From the NCBI RefSeq assembly GCF_009914755.1, contig NC_060948.1: 64,000 bases of DNA; one strand, 5' to 3'. The position numbers were made by a program, and so were the translations under genes. This document shows positions 15,903 to 28,987 of the stretch, piece by piece. The notes below the pieces were generated by a model, which was given only the letters and a program-made list of their open reading frames with translations, was not told the origin of the DNA and searched no databases. The stretch is from the human T2T-CHM13v2.0 reference genome, Homo sapiens. Numbering within the stretch: the first letter of the stretch is position 1; every line of letters begins with the position of its first letter.

Positions 15903-16919
15903 TTACATTTTGGCATGGTTTTGCAGCGGCTGGTACCGGTTGTTCCTTTCCATGTTTAGCGCTTCCTTCAGGAGCTCTTTTATGGCAGGCCTGGTGGTGA
16001 CAAAATCTCTCAGCATTTGCTTGTCTATAAAGTATTTTATTTCTCCTTCACTTATGAAGCTTAGTCTGGCTGGATATGAAATTCTGGGTTGAAAATTCTT
16101 TTCTTTAAGAATGTTGAATATTGGCCCCCACTCTCTTCTGGCTTGTAGGGTTTCTGCCGAGAGATCCGCTGTTAGTCTGGTGGGCTTCCCTTTGAGGGTA
16201 ACCCGACCTTTCTCTCTGGCTGCCCTTAACATTTTTTCCTTCATTTCAACCTTGGTGAATCTGACAATTAAGTGTCTTGGAGTTGCTCTTCTCGAGGAGT
16301 ATCTTTGTGGCGTTCTCTGTATTTCCTGAATCTGAACGTTGGCCTGCCTTGCTAGATTGGGGAAGTTCTCCTGGATAATATCCTGCAGAGTGTTTTCCAA
16401 CTTGGTTCCATTCTCCTCATCACTTTCAGGTACACCAATCAGACGTAGATTTGGTCTTTTCACAGAGTCCCATATTTCTTGGAGGCTTTGCTCATTTCTT
16501 TTTATTCTTTTTTCTCTAAACTTCCCTTCTCGCTTCATTTCATTCATTTCATCTTCCACTGCTGATACCCTTTCTTCCAGTTGATCGCATCGGCTCCTGA
16601 GGCTTCTGCATTCTTCACGTAGTTCTCGAGCCTTGGTTTTCAGCTCCATCAGCTCCTTTAAGCACTTCTCTGTATTGGTTATTCTAGTTATACATTCTTC
16701 TAAATTTTTTTCAAAGTTTTCAACTTCTTTGCCTTTGGTTTGAATGTCCTCCCGTAGCTCAGAGTAATTTGATCGTCTGAAGCATTCTTCTCTCAGCTCG
16801 TCAAAATCATTCTCCATCCAGCTTTGTTCCGTTGCTGGTGAGGAACTGCGTTCCTTTGGAGGAGGAGAGGCGCTCTGCGTTTTAGAGTTTCCAGTTTTTC
16901 TGTTCTGTTTTTTCCCCAT
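15903..16919 (-). CDS. L1 ORF1: L1 ORF1p, intact 338 aa
   Basis: Uninterrupted ORF MGKKQNRKTGNSKTQSAS...QNHAKM, L1HS-type with a handful of substitutions. Confidence 0.95.
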   Translation of the reverse strand: MGKKQNRKTGNSKTQSASPPPKERSSSPATEQSWMENDFDELREECFRRSNYSELREDIQTKGKEVENFEKNLEECITRITNTEKCLKELMELKTKARELREECRSLRSRCDQLEERVSAVEDEMNEMKREGKFREKRIKRNEQSLQEIWDSVKRPNLRLIGVPESDEENGTKLENTLQDIIQENFPNLARQANVQIQEIQRTPQRYSSRRATPRHLIVRFTKVEMKEKMLRAAREKGRVTLKGKPTRLTADLSAETLQARREWGPIFNILKEKNFQPRISYPARLSFISEGEIKYFIDKQMLRDFVTTRPAIKELLKEALNMERNNRYQPLQNHAKM

Positions 16920-17824
16920 CTTTGTGGTTTTACCTACTTTTGGTCTTTGATGATGGTGATGTACAGATGGGTTTTCGGTGTAGATGTCCTTTCTGGTTGT
17001 TAGTTTTCCTTCTAACAGACAGGACCCTCAGCTGCAGGTCTGTTGGAATACCCTGCCATGTGAGGTGTCAGTGTGCCCCTGCTGGGGGGTGCCTCCCAGT
17101 TAGGCTGCTCGGGGTCAGGGGTCAGGGACCCAATTGAGGAGGCAGTCTGCCCGTTCTCAGATCTCCAGCTGCGTGCTGGGAGAACCACTGCTCTCTTCAA
17201 AGCTGTCAGACAGGGACACTTAAGTCTGCAGAGGTTACTGCTGTCTTTTCGTTTGTCTGTGCCCTGCCCCCAGAGGTGGAGCCTACAGAGGCAGGCAGGC
17301 CTCCTTGAGCTGTGGTGGGCTCCACCCGGTTCGAGCTTCCCGGCTGCTTTGTTTACCTAAGCAAGCCTGGGCAATGGTGGGCGCCCCTCCCCCAGCCTCA
17401 TTGCCGCCTTGCAGTTTGGTCTCAGACTGCTGTGCTAGCAATCAGCGAGACTCCGTGGGCGTAGGACCCTCTGAGCCAGTTGTGGGATATAGTCTCCTGG
17501 TGTGCCATTTTTTAAGCTGGTCTGAAAAGCGCAATATTCGGGTGGGAGTGACCCGATTTTCCAGGTGCGTCCGTCACCCCTTTCTTTGACTCGGAAAGGG
17601 AACTCCCTGACCCTTGTGCTTCTCAGGTGAGGCAATGCCTCGCCCTGCTTCGGCTCGCGCACGGTGCGCGCACACACTGGCCTGCACCCACTGTCTGGCA
17701 GGCACTCCCTAGTGAGATGAACCCGGTACCTCAGATGGAAATGCAGAAATCACTCGTCTTCTGCGTCGCTCACGCTGGGAGCTGTAGACCGGAGCTGTTC
17801 CTATTCGGCCATCTTGGCTCCTCC
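16920..17824 (-). promoter_or_regulatory. L1 5'UTR internal sense promoter (YY1 site) and antisense promoter
   Basis: CpG-rich about 900-bp UTR; YY1 motif CAAGATGGCC near the 5' end. Confidence 0.85.
17374..17589 (+). CDS. L1 ORF0: L1 ORF0, intact 71 aa, antisense in the 5'UTR
   Basis: ATG at 17374: MVGAPPPASLPPCSLVSDCCASNQRDSVGVGPSEP...RHPFL*, same length and pattern as primate ORF0. Confidence 0.85.
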   Translation: MVGAPPPASLPPCSLVSDCCASNQRDSVGVGPSEPVVGYSLLVCHFLSWSEKRNIRVGVTRFSRCVRHPFL

Positions 17825-18090
17825 TGAGATGCAGTCTTGCTCTGTTGCCCAGACTGCAGCAGTCCAATCTTGGCTGACTGCAACCTCCACCTCCCAGGTT
17901 CAAGCAATTATGTGCCTCAGCCTCCCAAGTAACCAGGAGTACAGGTGCCCACTACCATGCCTGGCTAATTTTTAGTAGAGATGGGGTTTCACTATGTTGG
18001 CCGGGCTGGTCTTGAACTCCTGACCTCGTGATCCACCCACCTCGTCCTTCCAAAGTACTGGGATTACAGGCGTGAGCCACTGCACCAGGC

Positions 18091-18380
18091 TATTTTTTTT
18101 TTTTTTTTTTTTTTTTTTTGAGAGAGAGAGTTTTGCTCTTGTCACCCAGGCTGAAGTGCAATGGCACAATCTCAGCTCACCACAACCTCCACCTCTGGGG
18201 TTCAAGCAATTCTCCTGCCTCAGCCTCCTGAGTAGCTGAGATTACAGGCATGCATGACAATAGTTGGCTAATTTTGTACTTTTAGTATAGACGGGGTTTC
18301 TCCTTGTTGGTCAGGCTGGTCTTGAACTCCTGACCTCAGTTGATCTGTCTGCCTCAGCCTTCCAAAGTGTTGGGATTACA
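18091..18380 (-). mobile_element. AluS (5'-truncated), tandem with the preceding Alu
   Basis: Long poly(T) then Alu body ending at GGGATTACA, where the ERV host resumes. Confidence 0.9.
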
Positions 18381-18749
18381 ATTTTACCAAGGCTTTGACT
18401 GGAATGGTGTGCTTTCCTTTAAGGAATCAAACTTGACTTATGGAGCCAATAAAACCCTTGGAAAACTGGCCTCATATTCTCCTGGACTGGTCTCACAGTA
18501 GATGTACAGGTTTCTGACCTGTGGCAGGTAAAGAGTGTCACTTTCTCCGAGGCACAAAAACGCAAAGTTTATCTTGGAACCTCACAAGGAGAGGAAATTC
18601 AACCAACTCATAGATATTTGATGGCACATATTCATGGCTCGACTCAGCTTTTAAAAAGTCCTATCTGAGATTCCTCCTATGGAACAAAGTTCCATCAAAG
18701 TCCATTTAAAGGCCTATGTAAAAAAAATTATTATTGAAGAATGCTCACA

Positions 18750-21700
18750 GTAGCTTCCAAGATGGCCGAACAGGAACAGCTCTGGTCTTCAGCTCCCAGC
18801 GAGATCGACACAGAAGATGGTTGATTTCTGCATTTACAATGGAGGTACCTGGTTCATCTCACTGGGACTGGTTAGACAGTGGGTGCAGCCCATGGAGGGT
18901 GAGCTGAAGCAGGGCAGAATGTTACCTTACCTGGGGAGTGCAAGGGGTAGGGGGATTTCCCTTTCCTAGCCAAGGGAAGATGTGACAGACTGTACCTGGA
19001 AAAACTGTACACTCTCACCCAAATACTGCACTTTTCAATTGTCTTAGCAACTGGCAAACAAGGAAAGTCCCTCCTGTGCCGTCTTGGTGGGTCCCATGCC
19101 CACGGAACTGTGCTCACTGCTAGTGCAGCAGACTAAGATCGACCCATGAGGCTGCAGCCTTGTGGGGGAGGGGCGTCTGCCATTGCTGAGGCTTGTGGGT
19201 AAACTAAGCAACTGGGAAGCTCAAACTGGGTAAGCGCACCACAGCTCAGCAAGGCCTACTGCCTATATAGACTCCACCTCTGTGGGCAGGGCATAGCTGA
19301 ACAAAAGGCAGCAGACAATTTTGGCAGACTTAAATGTCCCTGTCTGACAGCTCTGAAGAGAGCAGTGGTTTTCCCAGCAGTGCATCTGAGCTCTGAGAAT
19401 GCAGACTGCCTCCTCAAATGGGTCCCTGATCCCCAGGTAGCCTCACTGGGAGATACCTCCCAGTAGGGGCCAACAGACACCTCATACAGGAAGTTGCCCT
19501 TCTGGGATGAAGCTTCCAGAGGAAGGATCAGGCAGCAATATTTGCTGTTCTGCAATATTTGCAATTCTGCAGCCTCCACTGGTGATACCCAGCAAAACAG
19601 TGTCTGGAGTGGGCCTCCAGCAAACTCCAAGAGACCTGCAGCTGAGGGTCCTCACTGTTAGAAGGAAAACTAATGAACAGAAAGGAATAGCATCAACATC
19701 AACAAAAACGACAGCCACACCAAAACCCCAACTGTAGGTCACCAACATCAAAGACCAAATGTAGATAAAATCACAAAGATGGGGAGAAACCAGAGCAGAA
19801 AAGCTGAAAATTCCAAAAAGCAGAGAACCTCCTCTCCTCCAAAGGGCTGCAGCTCCTTGCCAGCAATAAAACAAAACTGGATAGAGAATGACTTTGATGA
19901 GTTGACAGAAGTAGGCTTCAGAAAGTCAGTAATAACAAACTTCTCTGTGCTAAAACAGCATGTTCTACCCCATTGCAAGGAAGCTAAAAACCTTGAAAAA
20001 AAGTTAGACAAATGGCAAACTGAATAAACAGTGTAAAGAAGACCTTAAATGACCTGACAGAGCTAAAAACCATTGCAAGAGAACTTCCTGATGCATGCAT
20101 GAGCGTCAATAGCCACTCTGATCAAGTGGAAGAAAGGATATCAGTGATTGAGATCAGCTTAATGAAATAAAGTGAGAAGACAAGATTGGGGAAAAAAGAG
20201 AAAAAACAAACAAAAAAAGCCTCCAAGAAATATGGGACTATATGAAAATATCAAATTTACATTTGATTGGTGTACCTGAAAGTCATGGGAAGAATGGAAT
20301 GAAGTTAAAAAACACTCTTCAGGATATTATCAAGTAGAGCTTCCCCAACCTAGCAAGGCAGGCCTACATTCAAATTCAGGAAATACAGAGAACACCATAA
20401 AGATACTCCTCAAAAGAGCAACCCCAAGACACATAATTGTCAGATTCACCAAGGGGGAAATGAAGGAAAACATGTTAAGGGAAGCCAGAGAGAAAGGTCG
20501 AATTACCTGCAAAGGGAAGCCCATCAGACTAACAGCAGATCTCTTGGCAGAAACCCTACAGGCCCGAAGACAGTGGGGGCCAATATTCAACATTCTTAAA
20601 ATAATTTTCAACACAGAATTTCATATCCAGCCAAACTAAGCTTCATAAATAAAGGAGAAATAAAATCCTTTACAGACAAGGAAATGCTGAGAGATTTTTC
20701 TCACCACCAGGCTTGCCTTACAAGAGGTCCTGAAAGAAGGACTAAACATGGAAAGAAACAAACTGTACCAGCCACTGCAAAAACATGCCAAACTATAAAG
20801 ACCATCAATGCTATGAAGAAACTACATCAATTAATGGGCAAAATAAACAGCTAACATCATAATGACAGGATCAATTTCACACATAACAATACTAACCTTA
20901 AATGTAAGTTGGCAAAGGCCCCAATTAAAAGACACAGACAGGCAAATTGGATAAAAAGTCAAGACCCATCAGTGTGCTGTATTCAGGAGACCCATCTCAC
21001 GTGCAGAGACACAAATAGGCACAAAATAAAGGGATGCAGGAAGATCTATCAAGAAAATGGAAAGCAAAAAGAAGCAGGGGTTGGAATCCTAGTCTCTGAT
21101 AAAACAGACTTTAAACCAACAGGATCAAAAGAGACAAAGAAAGCCATTACAAAATGGTAAAGGGATCAATTTAACAAGAAGAGCTAACTATTCTAAATAC
21201 ATATACACCCAATACAGGAGCACCCAGATTCATAAGGCAAGTCCTTAGAGACCTACAAAGAGACTTAGACTCCCATATAGTAATAGTGGGAGACTTTAAC
21301 ACCCCACTGTCAACATTAGACAGATCAAGACAGAAGGTTAACAAGGATATGCAGGATTTGAACTCAGCTCTGAACCAAGCGGACCTAATAGACATCTGCA
21401 GATCTCTACACCCCAAATCATCAGAATATACATTCTTCTCAGGACCACACTGCACTTATTCTAAAACTGATCAGATAGTTGGAAGTAAAACACACCTCAG
21501 CAAATGTAAAAGAACAGAAATCACAACAAACTGTCTCTCAGACCACAGTGCAATCAAATTAGAACTCAGGATGAAGAAACTCACTCAAAACCATACAACT
21601 ACATGAAAACTGAACAACCTGCTCCTGAATGACTACTGGGTAAATAACAAAATGAAGACAGAAATAAAGATGTTCTTTGAAACCAATGAGAACAAAGACA

Positions 21701-22387
21701 CAATGTACCAGAATCTCTGGGACTCATTTAAAGCAGTGTGTAGAGGGAAATTTATGGTACTAAATGCCCACAAGGGACAGCAAGAAAGATCTAAAATTGA
21801 CACCCTAACATCACAATTAAAAGAACTAGAGAAGCAAGAGCAAACCAATTGAAAACCTAGCAGAAGGCAAGAAATAACCTAAGATAAGAGCAGAACTGAA
21901 AGAGACAGAGACACACACACAAAAAAAACCCTTCAAAAAATCAATGAATCCAGGAGCTGGTTTTTTGAAAGATTTACAAAATAGATAGACTGCTCGCAAG
22001 ACTAATAAAGAAGAAAAGAGAGAAGAATCAAATAGACACTATAAAAAATGATAAAGGGGATATCACCACCAATCCCACAGAAATACAAACTACCATCAGA
22101 GAATATTGTAAACAGCTCTACCCAAATAAACTAGAAAATCTGGAAGAAATAGATACATTCCTGGACACATACCCTCCCAAGACTAAATCAGGAAGAACTT
22201 GAATCTCTGAATAGTCCAATAACAGGTTCTGAAATTGAAGCAGGTATTAATAACCTACAACCAAAAAAATCCAGGACCAGATGGACTCACATCAGAACTC
22301 TACCAGAGGTACAAAGAGGAGCTGGTACCATTCCTACTGAAACTATTCCAGTTGATAGAAAGAGAGGGAATCCTCCCTAACTCATTT
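18750..22387 (+). mobile_element. L1PA6/7-like element, 5' portion (5'UTR, disrupted ORF1, first half of ORF2)
   Basis: CAAGATGGCCG start; MGRNQSRKAENSK...FDELTEVGFR ORF1 type; EN fragments; stops at CCCTAACTCATTT. Confidence 0.88.
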
Positions 22388-23540
22388 GTTTTTCTTATTA
22401 TACTTTCAGTTCTAGGGTCCATGTACACAATGTGTAGGTTTGTTACATAGGTATACATGTGCTATGCTGGTTTGCTGCACCCATCAACTTGTCATTTACA
22501 TTAGTTATTTCTCCTAATGCTATCCCTCTCCCAGCCCCCCACCACTCAACAGGCCCTGGTTTGTGATGTTTCCTGCCCTGTGTCCCAGTGTTCTCATTGT
22601 TCATTTCCCACCTATGAGTGAGAACATGCAGTGTTTGGTTTTCTGTCCTTGTGACAGTTTGTTGAGAATGATGGTTTCCAGCTTCATCCATGTCCTTGCA
22701 AAAGACATGAACTCATCCTTTTATGACTGCATAGTATTCCATGGTGTATATGTGCCACATTTTCTTAATCCAGTCTGTCATTGATGGACATTTGGGTTGG
22801 TTCCAAATCCTTGCTATTGTGAATAGTGCCACAATAAACATACATGTGCATGTGTCTTTATAGCAGCATGATTTATAATCCTTTTGGTATATACCCAGTA
22901 AGGGGATTGCTGGGTCAAATGGTATTTCTAGTTCTAGATCCTCGAGGAATTGCCACAGTCTCTTCCATAGTGGTTGAACTAATTTACACTCCCACCAACA
23001 GTGTAAAAGCATTCCTATTTCTCCACATCCTCTCCAGCATCTGTTATTTCCTGACATCTTAATGATCACCATTCTAACTGGCATGAGATGGTATTTCATT
23101 TGGGTATTGATTTACATTTCTCTGATGACCAGTGATGATGAGCACTTTTTCATGTGTCTTTTGGCTGCATAAATGCCTTCTTTTGAGAAGTGTCTCTTCA
23201 TTTCCTTTGCCCACTTTTTGATGGGTTGTTTGTTTTTATTCTTGTAAATTTATTTCAGTACTTTGTAGATTCTGGATATTAGTCCTTTGTCAGCTGGATA
23301 GATTGCAAAAATTTTCTCCCATTCTGTAGGTTGCCTGTGCACTCTGATAGTAGTTTCTTTTGCTGTGCAGAAGCTCTTTAGTTTAATTAGATTCCATTTG
23401 TCTATTTTGGCTTTTGTTGCCATGGCTTTTGGTGTTTTAGCCATGAAGTCTTTGCCTATGTCTATGTCCTGAATGGTATTGCCTAGGTTTTCTTCTAGGG
23501 TTTTTATGGTTTTAGGTCTTACATTTCAGTGTTTAATCCT
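22388..23540 (-). mobile_element. L1PA6-like 3' end (~1.15 kb), antisense
   Basis: T-rich tail then 3'UTR with GGTTTGCTGCACCCATCAAC; ORF2 C-terminal fragments (ORFs 22713-23099, 23250-23444). Confidence 0.88.
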
Positions 23541-24344
23541 GGCCTGTTTTTTTTTTTTTCTTTTTTCAATTTTTATTTTCTACAGTTTGGGCTGAATTCT
23601 AATTTTTTTCTCCTTGGCTGCAAGTCTTCAAAATAATGTTTTCAAATTTTTTCTTTTTTTCCCCCCATTTTCCTAATGGGGACCCACTGAAAACTAAGCT
23701 GTGCTTTGTTAAAGTCCTGCCAACTGCAATTATACAACTTAAACTTATTTCTACTGGTCTTCCTCCTTTTTGTCCTGCCTTCCTGCACATCTCGGCCAAA
23801 GTATTTATTTTGTAAAATGCAAATCTGATCAAGTCCTCTTCATTCTCTACATTGCAATTGTCAGATCCAAATGTGATGCTATACATCAGTGTGCCATGCC
23901 TCCTCCTCTAGGGGCAGTGGCACATTGTCAATTATCTCCTGAGCTACTTTTCTGTCTCCACTGTCCCCTGCTTCATTAATAAATTCTACCAAATATTTAA
24001 GGAAAAAATAACATAAATCTTAACACAAACACTGAAGGGAATAAAAGGATAACATTCCCTCAATTCATTTTATATACTTTGATTTTTAAAATTTTCATAA
24101 AATTTGTAAAGGGTAGTTTCACAAAATAAAACCAGACCTCAATCTCATTCAACACATGTCTAAAATTCCTAAACAATTTAAAAAGATAATGCAATATTGA
24201 TCAATTTTGACACAATTTGAAAATTAGTGTAATTTCATTAAGAAACATTTTAATCTGATTGTATATATAAAAGGAAAACCATTTAATACATCTAATATTA
24301 ATTCATAATAAAAGTTCTGCAAGCTAGAAACAATTAGTAAAACC

Positions 24345-24644
24345 AGCCCGGTGTGGTGACTCACTCCTGTAATCCCAGCACTTTGGGAGGCTAAGGAGGA
24401 TGGATCACCTGAGGTCAGGAGTTCAAGATCAGCTTGGCCAAGACGGCGAAACCCTGTCTATACAAAAATACAAAAATTAGCTGGGCATGATGGGGGTTTC
24501 CTGTAATCTCAGCTATTCAGGATGTTGAGGTGGAAGACTAGCTTGAACCCAGGAGGTGGAGGTTGCAGTGAGGTGAGATTGTGCTATTGCACTCCAGCCT
24601 GGGTGACAGAGCAAGACTCTGCGTCAAACAAACAAACAAATAAA
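24345..24644 (+). mobile_element. AluS
   Basis: Full dimer, (AAAC)n tail. Confidence 0.9.
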
Positions 24645-26373
24645 CCTGGAAGCCAAAGGTGAAGAAAAAGTCTTGCAAGCATCAAAACAAATGTTTTTCA
24701 ACATACCAAGGAGTCCCAGTAAGACTATCAGCAGAAACATCTCCTTGGTTTAGATTATTCCTAAGTATTGTATCCTTTTAGAAGCAATTGTAAATAGATT
24801 ATCTTCCTAATTTCCTTTTCACATTGGTCATCACTAGTGTATAACAACTGATTTTTGTATGTTCATTGTATATCCTACATCTTGCTGAAATAATCATTTA
24901 TTGCTTTTTATGGAATCTTCATGGTTTTGTACATAAGTATCAGGTCAGTCTGCAAACAAAGCTATTTCTAGTTTTTTCCTTTCCAATTGGGATTTTTTTT
25001 TCTTTTCTGTTGTAGTTAGAATTTGTAAAACCTTATTGAATGGTAATGGCCATTCAGTAACTCAATAAAAATCTCTTTTATCTTATTCCTGATGTTACAG
25101 AAAAAGCTTTCAGCCTTTCACCATTAAGTATGTAAGCCATATGTGGACTTTTCACATGCATTTTACTGCATCAATGCAGTTTCTTTCTTAGTCTGCTGAA
25201 TATCTTAATAATTAAAGGATGTTGAATTATCAAGAGTCCTGCATCATGTGGTTTTTGTCCCTCATTCTGTTTGCATATTGACTGATAAAAATCAATAAAT
25301 GTTGATTTGATTGATTGTTGAGCCATCCTTGTGTTCCAGGTGTAAATGCTGAACCATCCTTGTGTTCCAGGTGTAAGTTATTTTTGAACATGTTGTATAA
25401 TTCCTTTCACGGGCTGTTGAATTCAATCTGCTAGTATTCTTTTTTGAAGAATTTTGCATCAATATTCTTAAAGGATACTGGTCTATTGTTGTCTTGTGTG
25501 TCTGTATTTGATTTTGGTACAGTAATGCTCGCCTTACAGAAGTTAGGGAATGTTCCTACGTCTTCAATTCTTTGCAACAGTTTGGGGAGGATTGCTGTTA
25601 ATTCTTTTAAATGTTTTACAGAACTCTCCAGTGTTGGGGTTTCTTTTCAGAAGAATTTTGGTTACTACCTCAATCTCATTTACAAGTTTTAGGTCTGTTT
25701 GGATTTTTATTTCTTCATATCTGCAGTAGGTTGTGTGTTTCCAATAATTTACCCATTTCTTTTAGTTTATCCATTTGTTGGTGTATTCTTATTTATATTA
25801 GAGTCTTCCAAATCTTTTTATTTCTGTAACATCAATTGCAATGTCCCCTTTTTCATTTCTAATTTTAGTTGAGTCTTTTTTGGTTCTTATTGTAGCAAAA
25901 GCTTCTTCCATTTTTCTACTGTTCAAGAACAAACTGTTGGTTTTTTAATTTTTACCATTTTGTTTACCTCTTTTCTAATGTTTACTTTCTTCCTTCTGCT
26001 AACAGGAGGTTTAGTCTGTTCCTTTCCCAGCTATTGAAGTGTTGTTAGTTTTCTTATTAAAGATCCTCTTTTTGCATACAAGTAGTGATCTCTAAAAACT
26101 TTCCTGTTACTACTGGATTCAGTGCATCCTAAAAGTTTTGGTATACTGCATTTTTGTTTTCATTTCTCTCAAGACATTTTCTACATTCTCTCATGATTTT
26201 TCAACCCATTGGTTAAGTTTTCCAGTTTTACTTCTGCTGATTCCTAGCTTTGTACATTGTGGCTGGAAAAGATTTTGTATGATTTTAGTCTTCTAAAATT
26301 TGTCAAGACTTGTTTCATGGCACACCATGTGATCTATGAGGTAGAATGTTCCATGTGAGTATGAGAAGAATGT

Positions 26374-26651
26374 GGCTGACAGCAGTGGCTCACACCTGTA
26401 ATCTTAGCACTTTGGGAGGATGAAGTGGGCAGACTGCTTTAGCCTAGGAGTTTGAGATTAGCCTGAGCAACAAGAGGAGACCCTGCCTGCACAAAAAATT
26501 AAAAATTAGCCATGTGTGCTGCATGCCTGTAGTCCCAGCTACTTGGGAGGCTGAAGCGGGAGGATCACTATAATCCTGGAATTCAGGACTGATCTCATTA
26601 CTGCACTCCAGCCTAGGCAACACAGCGAGAGCCTATCCCCGCCCCATGCAA

Positions 26652-26694
<43 letters not shown>

Positions 26695-26715
26695 GAGAGA
26701 GAGAGAGAGAGAGAG
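26374..26715 (+). mobile_element. AluJ with (AAT)14 and (AG)n tail
   Basis: Alu body; AAT run 26652-26693; TSD-like GAGAAGAATGT/GAGAGGAATGT. Confidence 0.85.
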
Positions 26716-28268
26716 GAATGTATATTCTGGTAAACTGTTCTGTGTAAGTTAAGGCCAAATGCTCAGTAGTGTTTCCAAGTCCAGTGTTTCCTAATTGATC
26801 TGGCTGGCTTTTCCAACCATTCATTATTTCCTAAGTGATCTGTCTGGTTGTTTCATTCATTCATTATTTAAACCAAGGTACTAAAGTCCTCTACTATTCT
26901 TGTGTTGCTATTTCTCCCTTCAATGTCATGATTTTTGCTTCATACATTTAAGAGCCGTGCTATTAGGTACATATATAATTGTGTATCTTGTTGATGAATT
27001 GGCCCATTTATCATTATATATTGTCCTTCATTATCTCTTATGAAAGTTTTCCTCTTAAGTCTGTTTTGTCTGACAAGAGTATACCCACCTCTGGTCCTTT
27101 CAGTCTCCCATTTGCATGGAATATCTTCTAATCTTTCACTTTTACTCTATGTAAAAACTCTATTTTGTGATTCTCTTATAGACAGAATATTGCTGGGTAT
27201 TTTTTGAAAACATTAAGCCAATCTGTATCTTTTAATTAGAGCATTCAATCAAATTCCATTTAAAGTAATTACTTTTAGTATAGGACTTACTGCTATTTTT
27301 GCATTGGTTCCTGTAAATCTTGTAGCTTTGTATATCCACACTCTCTTATTGCTTTCATTTGTGTTTCACTGTTTTTTAATATAGTAATGTTTTTATTCCC
27401 TACTCAAATCTCTTTGTGCATAATCTGTGTACATTTTCTTTGTGATTAACATTGTAATTAAATAAAACATCTTAAAATTACAACAATCTACTTTAAGATA
27501 ACTTAAATCATACATAGAAACCCTACTAGGGACATCTCTGTACTCTGATGACATAAATGAACTCCTTAATACTACATATCCATTAACATAATCAGCAATT
27601 ACTTTTTTAAAAAAAAAGTTATGCCAAGAGATTTGTGCACCTACATTACAGTACTGAAGACTCTATTTGTTCCTATATTTAAAGTTAAAAAGGAGTTTGT
27701 TTTCAGATGGTTTCATGTTGCTGTTTGCAATTCTTTCACTTAAACTTGAAAGGCTCTCTTTACCATTTCTTGTGCACTAGTGTAGAATTCAATTTTTTTT
27801 TTGTCTGGGAAAGTCTTAACTTCTCCCTTATTTTTGAAGAACAGTTTTCCAAATACAATATTCTTCTTATCCAGGAGGTTTTAAAAAAAAATGTTGCTTT
27901 AAATTTTCTCTATTTGTGACTTCTGTCACTTTACTTTTGTGTTTTAGTAGGTCTGTTTACATTTATCCCAATTGGAATTCTCAGAGCTTCTTGATTATGT
28001 TATAACCATTTCTGTCCTCAGAACTGAAAACTTTTCAGTCACTATCCAAAAAGTCTAACATTCTTTTCTATTTTATTTTCTGTTGTGACTCTCATAATAC
28101 ATGTGTTCCATTTGTTGGTGTCTCATAGCCCCTAATTTTTTTGTTCTCTTTTCTTCATTTTTATTTTTCATTTTGCCTCTCTAATTTAACAATTTCAAAT
28201 ATCTTCTCTTTCAGTTCAGTAATTTTTTTCTTTATTCTGATTGATACACTGTTGTTCCACTAAACCGA

Positions 28269-28405
28269 CTTTCCTTCCTTCCTTCCTTCCTTCTTTCTCT
28301 TTCTTTCTTCTCTCTCCTTCCTTCCTTCTCCCCTCCCCTCCCCTCCCCTCCCCTCTCCTCTCCTCTCCTCTCCTTTCCTTTCCTTTTTCTTTCTCTCTTT
28401 TTTTT
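28269..28405 (+). repeat. CT-rich low-complexity tract (tail of antisense AluJ)
   Basis: (CCTT)n, (CCCCT)n, (CTCCT)n. Confidence 0.9.
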
Positions 28406-28670
28406 GACAGGGTATCGGACTTTATCACCACAAACTTGAATGTAGTGGTGCAATCATAGCTCAATGCAACCTTGACTTCCTGGGCTGAGGGATCTTTCCT
28501 CTTCAGAGCAGCTGGGCACATGTCACCACATGTGATAGTGTTTTTGTAGAGATGTGGTCTTCCTTGTTTTCTAGACTGCTCTCAAACTCTTGGTTAGCTT
28601 CAGCAATCCTCCTGCCTCAGCCTTGCCAAGTGCTGGGATTATTTGCATAAAGCTGCCAAAGAACCAGCCT
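28399..28670 (-). mobile_element. AluJ, diverged
   Basis: Antisense Alu motifs. Confidence 0.75.
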
Positions 28671-28987
28671 TGCAAATTATTTAACTCAGTTTTTGTAGTA
28701 TTCCATTCCAGAATTTCTGTTCGAGTCATCTTAGTTTCTAACGTTTTATTCATATTTTCATTCCTTTGTTGTTACTTTCATTTCTGAACAAAATACCAAC
28801 ATATCAAATTCAACAGCACATTAAAAGAGTCACACACCATAATCAAATGAAATTTATTCCTGTTAGGGAAGAATTATTAACCATATAGGAACAAATCAAT
28901 GTACTATCCTACATTAATAGAATGAGGGGAAAAAAACATGAATATCTCAGTTGTTGCAGAATAGTACTTGATAAAATTTAGCATATT

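Larger units (their letters stand above)
24745..28780 (-). mobile_element. Old L1M (ORF2 to ORF1 region), antisense, Alu-interrupted
   Basis: Degenerate antisense L1 motifs (TTGAAGAATTTTGCATCAATATTC, GCTTTCAGCCTTTCACCATTAAGTATG, TGTCTGGGAAAGTC). Confidence 0.7.

Noticed and set aside
18750-23540. Classical twin-priming inversion
   Set aside because: The poly(A) lies at the internal junction rather than the outer end, and no TSD is visible.
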